The translations under genes were made by a program, and so were the position numbers. A DNA stretch of 64,000 nt from Eledone cirrhosa (taxonomy: Eukaryota), in contig OZ024749.1 of NCBI GenBank assembly GCA_964016885.1, positions 14,570,001 to 14,634,000 on the forward strand, read 5' to 3'. The notes beneath the pieces were generated by a model. It made no database searches and was not told the DNA's origin. It was given only the letters and a program-made list of their open reading frames with translations. Positions 28,161-39,869 of this stretch are shown here, piece after piece; position 1 is the stretch's first letter; each line of letters starts with the position of its first letter.

Positions 28161-28559
28161 GTCAGGTCACCAGTTGGTGCTACTGGTAACATGTATCCCA
28201 GTACAACCTGTCCCATGGTCGGGTCGTTGGCGACTAAACTGGCAACCCCACCAAGGTTTCTTGGTGAGGAGGGTGACTTTGGACATCCTGCAGGACTAAA
28301 AACAAAACCTGTCAAAGGGCAAAGGAGCTCTTAAGAGTCAATGGCCATCCAAAATCACCGGGAGAGATGACCCCTTAGCCTTTGTCAAGGCAGAATTCTA
28401 GGAGAAGGAAAACTCTGATATAACACCTGCAACCCTGATGGTATCCAATGATGTTGACTTGTTCTTCTTTTTGGTAAATATCATCTTGGTTAAGAGAGTG
28501 GGACTGGCTTTGTGCAGTGCCTTTGCTCACTATAAAAGCTTCACAGCACAGGCATTGCT

Positions 28560-28770
28560 TTATATCTGGAGATCTCTCTGCACTTGTCGTCACATGGTAC
28601 CATGGGCCCAGCACTATGTGTCAGTAATTGTCACAAGTGTAGTGTTTGTACCAGAGTTTTCAAGTCGCTGGCTGGACTAAAAAGTCACACTCGTTCAGCG
28701 CATCGGTAGGGGTTCTCCTACATGGATATAAAGTAGTGGCCGTACTCGAAAACGAGTTGGCAGCCACCAT
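28560..28770 (+). mobile_element. 3' end of an RTE-like LINE with C-terminal C2H2 zinc finger
   Basis: 28629-28709 translates [26 protein letters not shown], followed by a short UTR and a (TATG)n tail. Confidence 0.6.
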
Positions 28771-29273
28771 GTATATATGTATGTATATATGTATGTATAT
28801 ATGTATGTATATATGTATGTATATATGTATGTATGTATATATGTATGTATATATGTATGTATATATGTATGTATGTATATATGTATGTATGTATATATGT
28901 ATGTATGTATATATCTATATGTATATATATGTATATATATGTATATGTATATATATGTATATGTATATATATGTATATATGTATATATATGTATATATGT
29001 ATATATATGTATATATGTATATATGTATGTATATATGTATATATGTATGTATGTATATATATATGTATATATGTATATATGTATATATATGTATATGTAT
29101 ATGTATAAATGTATATATATAAATACGTATATATATATAGGTATATGTATATGTATATATAGGTATATGTATATATATGTATATGTATATATGTATATAT
29201 ATATATATATATAGGTATATATATATGTATATGTATATATGTATATATATATGTATATGTATATATGTAAATG

Positions 29274-29319
<46 letters not shown>

Positions 29320-29340
29320 CATTTACATATATATATATAC
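28770..29340. repeat. (TATG/TA)n microsatellite
   Basis: Direct inspection. Confidence 0.95.
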
Positions 29341-29613
29341 AAAAGGTTTAAAACTCGAATGTAAGGAACAGCTGTTACATCAGCCAAATGCCATCAATGA
29401 CAACAGCACGGAATTTGGGTAAGAATACCCCCAAAGGACAAAAAACAGGGTCACTTGTATCCGACTTACATGCAGTCATCATTAAGGGCATTCAGCTGAT
29501 TCAACAGCTGTTCCTTGTGTTCGTGTTTACAAATTTCAAATATCCTCAATACTGCGTTCTGATAATTTTCAAAACACCCAATGTTTGTTTACATGGATAG
29601 ATATATATACATT

Positions 29614-29661
<48 letters not shown>

Positions 29662-29810
29662 AAAAAACATGATTTAATTTTATAATATTATATTATAAAA
29701 TTAAATCAAATTATTTAGAACTACAAGTGATGTCATTCTTTTCCTTTTTTTTCAAATATACCTAACTGTACCAAGGATCTCACACATATATATATGTATA
29801 ATAAATTTGA

Positions 29811-29857
<47 letters not shown>

Positions 29858-30456
29858 GGAGGCCATATAGGCAGGCGCCTATATGTGTGAGAGAGTGTGT
29901 ATGTATATGTATGCGGGTGTATATTCGTACATATGTGCGTGTACATATGTGTATGCGTATATATGTACGTGTGCACGTGTGTGTATGTGTATATATGTGT
30001 GTGTGTGTATGTGTGGGTATATATGTGCGTGTGAGCGGACTTGTGAAATACCAAACCCAGCATGAGTCCATTGAAGTGTGTTGGACAGAGAGTAGCTGTT
30101 AGACAGTTTGGCAGCAAATATTGACCAGAATTTATGATGACGTAGAAAAACAACAGCCAATAGCAAGAGAGGAAGGAAGATGTTCTTTGAAGCTAACACC
30201 CCAGTGAGAAAGTTTGTTCCGAAAGTATTGTATGTGTCCGCAGTATCTGCAGATCTAGAATCAGACAGATCCATATAATGATCCTGTCTCCAGCTATCTG
30301 CCAGCGAAACAATTATAACACACAATAAACTTATTCCAGGTGCATCACTGATTTTTCGTTTTATATTATATATATATAATAAATTTGTGTGTGTGTGTGT
30401 ATATATGCAGAGGTTATATTTAATTTGTTGGGATTCAACAAGCTTAAAAATATATT

Positions 30457-31025
30457 ATGGTTCGCTCTCTCTCTATGAATTTAGCACAGAATATTAATAG
30501 AATTAATAATAGAAACTTAAAACCTAACCAGAATACCATTAATACCCCTAGCAATATCCAATATAATGGTACGGCTCCTAGAAATTTACATTTAGATAAA
30601 TGTAACTGTAGAAATAAATCTAACTGTCCTCTAAATAATAATTGTTTAGTTAAAAACATAGTATACAATTGTAATGTAAAAACTAATGTAAACTCCTTTA
30701 ATTATGTAGGCTCTACCTCCACAGATTTTAAGTCCCGTTTTAATAACCACAAATGCTCTTTTATGAATATTAGTAAAAAAATCTTCAACTTCTCTATCTA
30801 ACTTACTATGGGACCTGAAATCAAAGAACATTAACTATTCTTTACTTTGAAATATTATCTCCAAAGCTCCTTCATACACTGCTTTATCCGAAAATTGCGC
30901 TCTTTGTATAGAAGAAATATTCTTTATATTAAAAAGTAAGAACTCTGTTAATTTAAGGAATAATTTATTCAGTTCTTGCAAACATCGGTTAAATTCAACT
31001 TTTAAATATATATATAAAATGTAAT
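30457..31025 (+). mobile_element. Penelope-like element remnant: frameshifted GIY-YIG endonuclease domain
   Basis: CNCRNKSNCPLNNNCLVKNIVY...YVGSTSTDFKSRFNNHKCSF, continuing after frameshifts as ..LWDLK..NIISKA..CALCIEE..SCKHR, as in PLE GIY-YIG C-termini. Confidence 0.8.
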
Positions 31026-31929
31026 ATATAACTTATCTCTTTTACATAATGTCCTCTATATCCATATATGATTCATATACTTAACTTATTTTCTACTATC
31101 TCTACTTCACACACATATATATTATTACACCTATCGATAAATCATTAAATTCCTTTATATGACTGCTTGAAACTCCTTTAAGGAAAATTTTTTCTTGATA
31201 AACTTACTGAAGGGTTTAAGAAAATCTTTTGAAAATTCCTTTGAAGGATATAGAAAAACTATATTTTTATATTTTTATATTCATGTTATAATGTTTAAAT
31301 GTTATAACTTTATAACAAGTAAATTTAACTTCATAACCTTATAGCATATAATCCTTAAATAAATCATTTATAACTTCCTTTATGCTTTACTGTTATTATA
31401 ATACAAATAAGTGGTTATTCTTTTATAAACTCTTGGAATTTCCATAAATTTAGAATTATTTGAATATTTTAAATTTTGACTTACAATTTTTTAATAATTA
31501 ATAATATATATATAATATATATATATATATCTTTTAATAATATATAATAGTTTTTTTTATATTTTTTAATAATCTATAATATTCTAATAATCTATAATCC
31601 TTAACAGACACATTTAAACTAATTATTAAATTATTAATTAAACATTTAATCAAATCTATTAATTAAACTTTTAATCAAATTTTTTCAACCTATCATTCTG
31701 CTTTATTATTCATCCACGCTATATTCGTTTCTTCGGTTCTTCTTCTTTCCTCTCACGTAAACACACTTACGCTATATTTGTCCTTTATAACTAATATTTT
31801 CTCTCACTTAAATATAATCACTCTTCTCACACTATTCCACTGGCAAAATATATATAACCAGTTCTTCTTTTTCTCTTTCTTTCTCTCTCCCTCACAATAT
31901 CACCTTCTTCCAACAGTTTAATTTAAATA

Positions 31930-32100
31930 TACCACACTGTAAATGTGGTTGGTGTTAGGAAGGGCATCCAGCTGTAGAAAACCCGCCAGATAGTCCTATG
32001 CGAGCAAGATAACCACTCTTGCCTCAAGTGGGAAAACCCTCCGTCCAAACCCATGCAAGCATGGAACACGGACGTTAAACGATGATGATGATGATGATAC
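31930..32100 (+). mobile_element. SINE fragment with RTE-type 3' tail, family C
   Basis: ggttggtgttaggaagggcatccagctgtagaaa...ccatgcaagcatggaa..cggacgttaaacg(atg)n. Related copies at ~37160-37330, 48220-48440 and 42935-42990. Confidence 0.75.
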
Positions 32101-32214
32101 CGTTATTTAAACTTTTCGGACACTCATTTGCATACTCAATCATAACTTTATATCACCCTCAATAAATCTAGTAACTCCACTATCCAGGAAGCTCCAACTG
32201 TTAAGGTTGTCTTT

Positions 32215-32356
32215 TTTCAGGGTATGTCAATATTTATAAAACTAATTCTGTATTGTATTTTATCTGATGAAAGTGCACCATAATTTGCCTTGGTGGCCCT
32301 TGAAATATGTATAAAATAAATATGGTTTTATAAATATAGTTTCCATTTGTTAATAT

Positions 32357-32362
<6 letters not shown>
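32215..32362 (+). mobile_element. Penelope pLTR-like segment with degenerate hammerhead ribozyme
   Basis: tattttat-CTGATGA(32264)-stem II-GAAA(32302)-tatgt-ataaaata. Homologous to the arm of the 56034-56389 palindrome; stem III is shortened. Confidence 0.65.
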
Positions 32363-32395
<33 letters not shown>

Positions 32396-32474
32396 AATTT
32401 GTATGTGTGTATATATATATACATATACACATTTGTATGTGTGTATATATATATATATATTTATATATACATTT

Positions 32475-32520
<46 letters not shown>

Positions 32521-32627
32521 AATTTGTGTGTATGTATATATATATATACATATACACATTTGTATGTGTATATATATATATATATATATATACATTTGTA
32601 TGTGTATATATATATATATATACATTT

Positions 32628-32660
<33 letters not shown>

Positions 32661-32843
32661 CATTTGTATGTGTATATATATATATATATATATATACATT
32701 TGTATGTGTATATATATATATACATACATTTGTAAGTGTGTATATATATAATACATTTGTATGTGTGTATATATAATACATTTGTATGTGTGTATATATA
32801 TATATATATACATTTGTATGTGTGTATATATATATATACATTT

Positions 32844-32899
<56 letters not shown>

Positions 32900-32990
32900 T
32901 ACATTTGTACGCGAGTATATATATAATAAATGTATGAGTCAACTGATTGAAGCAATAGCAGTCTTATATATTTATTCATTTTACTTGCAG

Positions 32991-33155
32991 AGAAATGGCT
33001 CCTCTGATAAGAAATGGAATGGCATGATTGGGGAGCTGGTGTCAGGAGAAGCAGACATGATCATGGCTCCTCTCACTATTAACCCAGAGAGGGCACAACA
33101 CATTGACTTCTCAAAGCCTTTCAAATATCAAGGCCTTACCATTCTAGTAAAAAAG
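32991..33155 (+). CDS. GRIN1: NMDA receptor GluN1 exon: end of S1 ligand-binding segment
   Basis: ttgcag|AGA...AAG|gtaaga, 165 nt, phase 0-0. [55 protein letters not shown] matches GluN1, including the PLTINxER glycine-binding motif. Confidence 0.97.
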
Positions 33156-33621
33156 GTAAGAGCATCTCTTGTCTAGAAGAAACCTTTCATTGAATGTTCT
33201 TCTTTTTCTTTATTTTCATCACATTCTGAGCCATATGTATTCTGTGGCAGATTTAGGGGCCACACAATATTTAAAGCGTCTCAAATTCATTATTTTTTTT
33301 TTGCTGCCATAAATAATAGGCAAGGGCCATGATGAAATTTTCTACTAGGGGCCCAATACAAGCTTAATCCACCCATTTATATACAGTACATCCCTGTAGA
33401 TATGTCATGGATGTTTTACTAAAAATACATGCAACTTATCTGCTGAACCTTGCCTTGGGCTTGAAATTATTGGCTAAGCAATAGCCCACCCCACCACCCC
33501 AACAGTCCAGCAGGCCCACCCACCCAATAGACCAGCAGGCCCACCCACCCAATAGACCACCAAAGCAGTTTCCCAGCAGGCCCATACTTTAAGGCAACAT
33601 TAGACAAAAACATCAAAGCTC

Positions 33622-35695
33622 TATAGCGAGATTGACAATGTTTGTGTATATAATATTTAATTAACGGTAGATAGAATACTTGACATGTCAAAGATAGATG
33701 TTAGAATGAAACAAAGTTAGTAGTTACCGTTTTGATTGCCAGGCAAACGCGGCTGGCAGAAGGCGCCTGGCTAAGGCCAGGCGCCTGTTGGCCAAATTAA
33801 TGGCAGAGCCAAATGAGAGGCTCTTCGACCTGGTGCCGAAAAGGCAAAGAGAGAGGAAGGAAGCTTAACGTTGTTAGTTTTATAGGGCTCTGACCGGAAG
33901 TTGCAGAAAGGGTTCCACTTCCCGTCTAGATCCTAATCAAAACAAGGGAGACAACCGCTACATAACCTCCCGCCAGAATTTTAGTGTATAAAAATCGAAA
34001 TGAAAATATGTAGCAAGTTGGCGAGAATGTTGTAACAGGCATGAAAATTACGACAAAAGAATGTTTGGAAAAATCAATGATAGATATCAAGGTAGCCAAC
34101 CGCTCTTGGCCAGAGAACGACTGGACATCCATCTATCCATCACCCAAAGATACAATGTAATAAAGTAAAAGTAATAAAAGAGCTCAAAGTTCAAAATATA
34201 GTTCACAGGTGTGCAATCACATGACAGCAGGAAAGAAAGTGTGTTCCAGAGAATGAATGCAGGTGGTTTCTGTTCTGTGGTACATCGTGAAATTTCCAAC
34301 CTCCGAATGGATTTTCTCACAGGAAGAGTGCTGCAAAAATAAATTCTCTGGCTTTGGTGAAGCTGTGTTGATGTATTGCTGTTGCTGTTATATTGCTGTT
34401 GCTGCTGCTGTTGTCTCGCTGAGTGAGCGTATTCGGTGTTTAAATTCACAGTAAAAAAATTTTTTTTTAGAAAAAAATGAGTTGCGCAAAGTGCTAGAAA
34501 TAGCAGCCGAAGTTGATGGTCGATGTTGAGAATGCGTTGACCTGGAAGGGTCAAGAGGCCAGCGACCAGAGAAATAAGCATTCCTAATAAATGCGCGGTT
34601 ATCAACGGTAAATTTACATTGTAAATTTATAAACCGGCAAATAGAAGAATATAGCTTAAGGCTGAAGAATCCCTGGTGATAAATGGCGTGCGGCTGTCTG
34701 TGAGTAAAGACATCTCAGTGAATCGAGAATTTATGCTGCCTACACGTGCCAATACAAGGTTGAAAAAAAAATATTTCTAACGCGCGAGAAAATGATAGTG
34801 CAATTTTGAAAGTGACAATGATGAAAAAGAAAGGCTTCAATCAGCATAATTATAGGTGTGAACTTTTGGAAAAAAAAAAAAACTTGAACGATGAAGAAAA
34901 CGAAGAACAAAAGGCAATGGTTCATCGAAAATAAATGTTCCTGTTGAAATGTTTTTTAAAGAATATCAAATTTCTTTTTTTTTTGTGTGTTTTGAAAGAG
35001 TTCGTTGTAAGAAACGAGAAACATATATATATATCGTGAAATGTTTTTTTTTGTTTTGAAAGTGTTCGTTGTAAGAAACGAGAAACATATATATATATAT
35101 TGGTGAAATGCGACAGTTAATTGATGCGTGAGAGAAAAAGTATGTCTGTGCGAATTCCACATGTGCGTGTGTGCGTGTCCTTGAGTATTTTCATAGTTTG
35201 TCGCTAAATTTGCTGTGTATTCGTAATGTTACTCACAAAACCAGATGTGCTATTTTTTTCTTTTTTTGGGGGTGACCACTTATAGCGATGAACGGCTGCG
35301 TGTTCGTATCACGTCAGGGTTACCAATATAGCGGAAATACTGAGTTGCATGAATGTAACAAAACGAGACAATGTTTGTGTATATAATATTTAATTAACGG
35401 TAGATAGAATACTTGACATGTCAAAGATAGATGTTAGAATGAAACAAAGTTAGTAGTTACCGTTTTGATTGCCAGGCAAACGCGGCTGGCAGAAGGCGCC
35501 TGGCTAAGGCCAGGCGCCTGTTGGCCAAATTAATGGCAGAGCCAAATGAGAGGCTCTTCGACCTGGTGCCGAAAAGGCAAAGAGAGAGGAAGGAAGCTTA
35601 ACGTTGTTAGTTTTATAGGGCTCTGACCGGAAGTTGCAGAAAGGGTTCCACTTCCCGTCTAGATCCTAATCAAAACAAGGGAGACAACCGCTACA
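33622..35695 (-). mobile_element. Non-autonomous LTR retroelement (TRIM/gypsy-derived), ~2.07 kb
   Basis: Direct repeats 33622-33962 and 35327-35695, apparently identical over ~325 bp. Termini tatagcg...cgctaca; 4-bp TSD GCTC (33618-21 and 35696-99). Minus-strand PPT ggcgggagg next to the left LTR and tRNA-Trp PBS next to the right LTR. No recognisable gag/pol ORF. Confidence 0.9.
35293..35325 (+). other. 3' portion of mature tRNA-Trp including CCA (extended PBS of the LTR element)
   Basis: ggctgcgtgttcgtatcacgtcagggttacca versus metazoan tRNA-Trp ggctgcgtgttcgaatcacgtcggggtca+cca (recalled, not searched). T-stem gcgtg/cacgt is intact. Confidence 0.85.
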
Positions 35696-36730
35696 GCTCT
35701 TTCATTTATTCGTAACATCATCAAACATGTTACAACTGTTTCTCCATTCCATGCTGGGGTTTATTCTCAACACAGATTCTCTTCTCTTGAGGCATCCTTT
35801 GTCATCTCCCTGCAGTAATACAGAAAAGCCGCCTTCCCATGGGCACAGACTGAAGCTATAGCATACATACATATATATAGTGTGTACCACCTCCACTCCA
35901 CCCTGTCATACATCTCTCATGAGGATAGGCTGTAGCATACACCCAGGGAAGCACCCAGCCCACACTGTAAGGGCATCCAGCCATATAAAACAAGCCAGAA
36001 ACAGTTCTGTGTGAGCAAGACATTGTCACCTGACCTAACTTGCTTCAAACGGGATAACCCATCTAAACCAATAAGTTGACGTAACCAGCATAGGTATCAC
36101 TGCCAGGACCAGTTGCAGCTCAGTGTACTCAATAAGTAATGTTAAATAAACTGCCAGGGTATACACATAGTTATTCGCCGCTTCAACGCAGCGCACGTAA
36201 ATGGGTACCTTCAATTGCTCCTGGACTCGAGTTTCAGCCACACTTAATGCAGCAGTAGAGTGCACAGCACCCACTGTCCGCATATATTATGCAACAATGC
36301 ACAATCAGCGTATGTGGCTTTATCAGCGAGTTTCGCCTAATCAATAACCAATCAATCGACAGAATTTGACTCCAGTCTGTGCCGGCTATCACTGTATGTG
36401 ACGGCCAGCACAGTAAAACATTGGTAACTGGAATCTCTCCACGTCACAATGCTGTCTCCTGATTGGCTACGGATTTATAAATTTATGTGATGACAGGAGA
36501 CGAAATTCAAATAGTTCCACCCCGCCATAAGCACTCAGCCAACAAATCTCAAACACAAATAAATTGGTTACTAGAGAAATTCAGTCTCCAATCGCTGTAC
36601 AATAGAATGGTAGAGACTCTAGTCTCCAAGTCCTATGGCGAGAAATGGTGCGATAGTAACAATGGTAGGGCCAATATATATATATATCATCATCATCATC
36701 GTTTAACGTCCATCTTCCACGCTAGCATGG

Positions 36731-36799
<69 letters not shown>

Positions 36800-38409
36800 T
36801 TATCTTTCTCTCTTTCTTACTTTCTCTATCTATCTCTCTCTCTGTTTTGGAAATATATACAATGTCACTGGACCGAGATCTTTGGCGCCACGCAGTAATA
36901 CAGAAGACCCGCCTTGCCTAAGTACAAAGCGAAACCTACAGTCAGTAGGCACCTCTTAATCAAATATACACCCTCATCTCACTACCCCTACCCTATCCTC
37001 CCACCAACACCACCCTCTCTCTGTACAGTTGGTACTACAACATCCAGTCCAAATTAATGAGATAATGAGATCGAGATCGTGTAGGTGTTCCGACACAAAA
37101 ACTACTCACAGTCCACGCTGTAATGTGGTCGTGTAGCTAACACGGTAAACAGTTACCAGTTCCACACTGTAAACGTGGTTGGTGTTAGGAAGGGCATCCA
37201 GTCGTAGAAAACCTGCCAGAGAGTCCTATATGAGCGAGACACGGTCACCCGACCAACCTTGCCTCAAGTGGGACAACTCCCGTCTAACCTATGCTAGCAT
37301 GGAAGATGGACGTTAAACGATGATGATAATGATTGATTAGGAAGTCTTTGTGTATCAGGGGCTGGGCAGAGGGTGGGGAAGGTTTACATTCCTTAACTTG
37401 GGTATATGTGTGGTTGGTTAGGCTGAGAGGTGGTTACAGCCCTTCTCTGGTGTGAGGTAGTGAGGATGGGGGAGGGAGAATGAGGTGGGGGTTGCAGGTG
37501 AGGAAGTAGTGGGGAGGAGGGGAGCTACATTCCTTCATCTCACCCCTCCATATCACCCCACCTGGCCCCACTCCATGGCTCTATTTCTCTTAGGGGGTGG
37601 AGGAGAGTATACTATACCTGTCCCTCCATCCCACCTGCTCCCATCTTCCACATGGCCCCCACCCCAAGGTTCTGTTTCACTGAGGGAGGGTGGGGTAGAT
37701 GGAAGGAGAGAATACTACATTTGCCCTTCCTCCATCTCACCCAGTCCCACTCAGCCCCATCCCATGGCTCTTTTACCCCACCACACCCCCAACTGCAACC
37801 TTGACCCACTGAAATGTAAGGAAAACTAGTTCAATCTCCTGGCTTCTTCCTTCCTGCAGATCACTTCCCAAACCTGGCTGTGTTTCCCACAGAAAATTGG
37901 TGGGTTGGGGGTAGGGTAGGGTGGCATGTATGGGAACGGGGGGGGGGGGGGGGGGTAAGGTGATGTTGTTTACAGATGACTTCACCTGCCAGGGTAGAAA
38001 GGATGCAGCTTACCTCACACCATCATCTTAGCAACGACACACCCACCCTCCGCCGCCACCACCTCACCATCTGCTACCACTGCACCCTTCGTAGCCACCT
38101 CACCCTAGGCCACCACCACCTCACCTCCACACCCTCCATCACCACCATACACTCTGCCACCACCACCACCACCCCCTCCTCTGCCCACCACCCCCTCCTC
38201 CACCACCACCTCAGCCTCTGCTACCACCTCACCCTTCATCGCCACCTCACCCTAGGCCACCCCCCCCCTATGCCCCCCCCCCCCCTCTACCACCACCACA
38301 CCTTCCCCCTTTCCCCACACCCCTTCCCCCATGAGAGGATGTGGAGATGTTTGTTCTCCCCTGCAGGATATGAACTTTAGGGAGTAATTTAAGAATGTTT
38401 GCTGAGAGA

Positions 38410-38910
38410 AAGAATATTGATGTTACATTGTGTTGCTCTGAGTTACACTCTATTACTTCTGCTACACTCTGTTACAGTGTGTAACATGCTGCTACATACC
38501 ATTACACTGAGGTTGACTGTGTTACTCTCTGGTAGACTGTTACATTCTGTCATCTCTGTTACACTCTAGGAGACTGTGTCACATTCTATCATCTGTGTTA
38601 CACTGTATTACACTCTACCATCTGTGTTACATTATGTCATCTGTTACACTGTGTTAGACTGTTACACTGTCGTTGACTGTGTTACATTATGTCATCTCTT
38701 ACACTGTTAGACTGTGTTACATTGTCGTTGACTGTGTTACATTTTGTCATCTGTTACACTGTTACACTGCTGTTGACTGTTTTACATTGTCATTCGTTAG
38801 ACTGTGTTACACTGTCATTTACTGTGTTACATTTTGTCATCTGTTACACTGTGTTAGACTGTGTTACATCATGTTACATTCTTCCATCTGTGTTACACTC
38901 TGTTACAGAG
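38410..38910. repeat. Degenerate tgttacac/tgtcatc minisatellite
   Basis: Recurrent ctgtgttacatt..gtcatctgttacac units. Confidence 0.85.
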
Positions 38911-38954
38911 ATGTCACAGGATATATTCTAGTCAGAACAACTCATATTTCTATT

Positions 38955-39587
38955 TCATCCTCTCTTCTTATTCCTCCTCCTCTTCTGCCTCCTCCTTCTC
39001 CTCTTCTACCTCCTTCTCCTCTTCCTCCTCCTTCCCTTCTTCCTCCTCCTTCCCTTCTTCCTCCTCCTTCCCTTCTTCCTCCTTCCCCTCTCTTATTCTT
39101 CCTCCTCGTCTTCCTCCTCCGTCTTCTCCCCTTTCTCCTCCTTCCACTCTTTTTCCCTTTTTTCTTTTTCTTCTTTCTCTTCCTCCTTCTCTTCCTTCTT
39201 CATCTCTTTTTTCACCTTATTCTTTTTTTTTCTTCTCCTTTGTCCTCCTCCTTCTCTCCTTCTTCTTATTCTTCTTCTCCTCCTTCTCCTCTTCTTTCTC
39301 CTCCTCCTTCTTCTCTCTTTCTCTTCTTCTTCTTATTATTATTCTCCTCTTCTTGCTCCTTCTCCTTCTATCTTTCTCTCCTCCTTCTTCTTCTTCTTCT
39401 TCTCCTCTTCTTTCTCCTCTTCTTTCTCCTTTTCTTTCTCCTCCTCCTTCATCTCATTCTCCTTATTCTCCTTCTCTTCTCATTCTCCTCATTCTCCTTC
39501 TCTTCTTCTTTCTCCTCCTCTCCTTCTCTCATCCTCCTCCTTCTTCTTCTCCTTCTTATTCTTCTTCTCCTTCTCCTTCTATTTCAG
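38955..39587 (+). repeat. ~630 bp (TCC/TTC)n polypyrimidine tract abutting the exon acceptor
   Basis: Almost purely C/T up to atttcag at 39587. Confidence 0.95.
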
Positions 39588-39822
39588 ACAAGAAAAGACT
39601 CAAGCTTGGCATCGTTCCTTCAACCATTTCAAGATACTTTGTGGATCTTAGTGGGATTATCGGTGCACGTGGTGGCACTGGTTCTTTATCTCTTGGACAG
39701 GTTCAGCCCATTTGGCCGATTCAAGCTGGCCAAAAGTGATGACACAGAGGAAGATGCTTTAAATCTGTCCAGTGCCATGTGGTTTGCTTGGGGTGTTTTA
39801 CTCAACAGTGGAATTGGAGAAG
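39588..39822 (+). CDS. GRIN1: NMDA receptor GluN1 exon: pre-M1, M1 and M2 pore loop
   Basis: tttcag|ACA...GAA G|gtaaat, 235 nt, phase 0-1. [46 protein letters not shown]...[19 protein letters not shown]; N-site Asn present. Confidence 0.98.
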
Positions 39823-39869
39823 GTAAATACATACAGCTCTAGCGCTCATCTCGGGGGGGATATTGTACG

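Noticed and set aside
35293-35325. Functional tRNA-Trp gene
   Set aside because: Only the 3' ~33 nt with encoded CCA; no D-arm or anticodon arm. It sits at the PBS position.
33622-35695. Retrozyme (hammerhead-containing LTR element)
   Set aside because: No CUGANGA/GAAA core was found in the LTRs on either strand.
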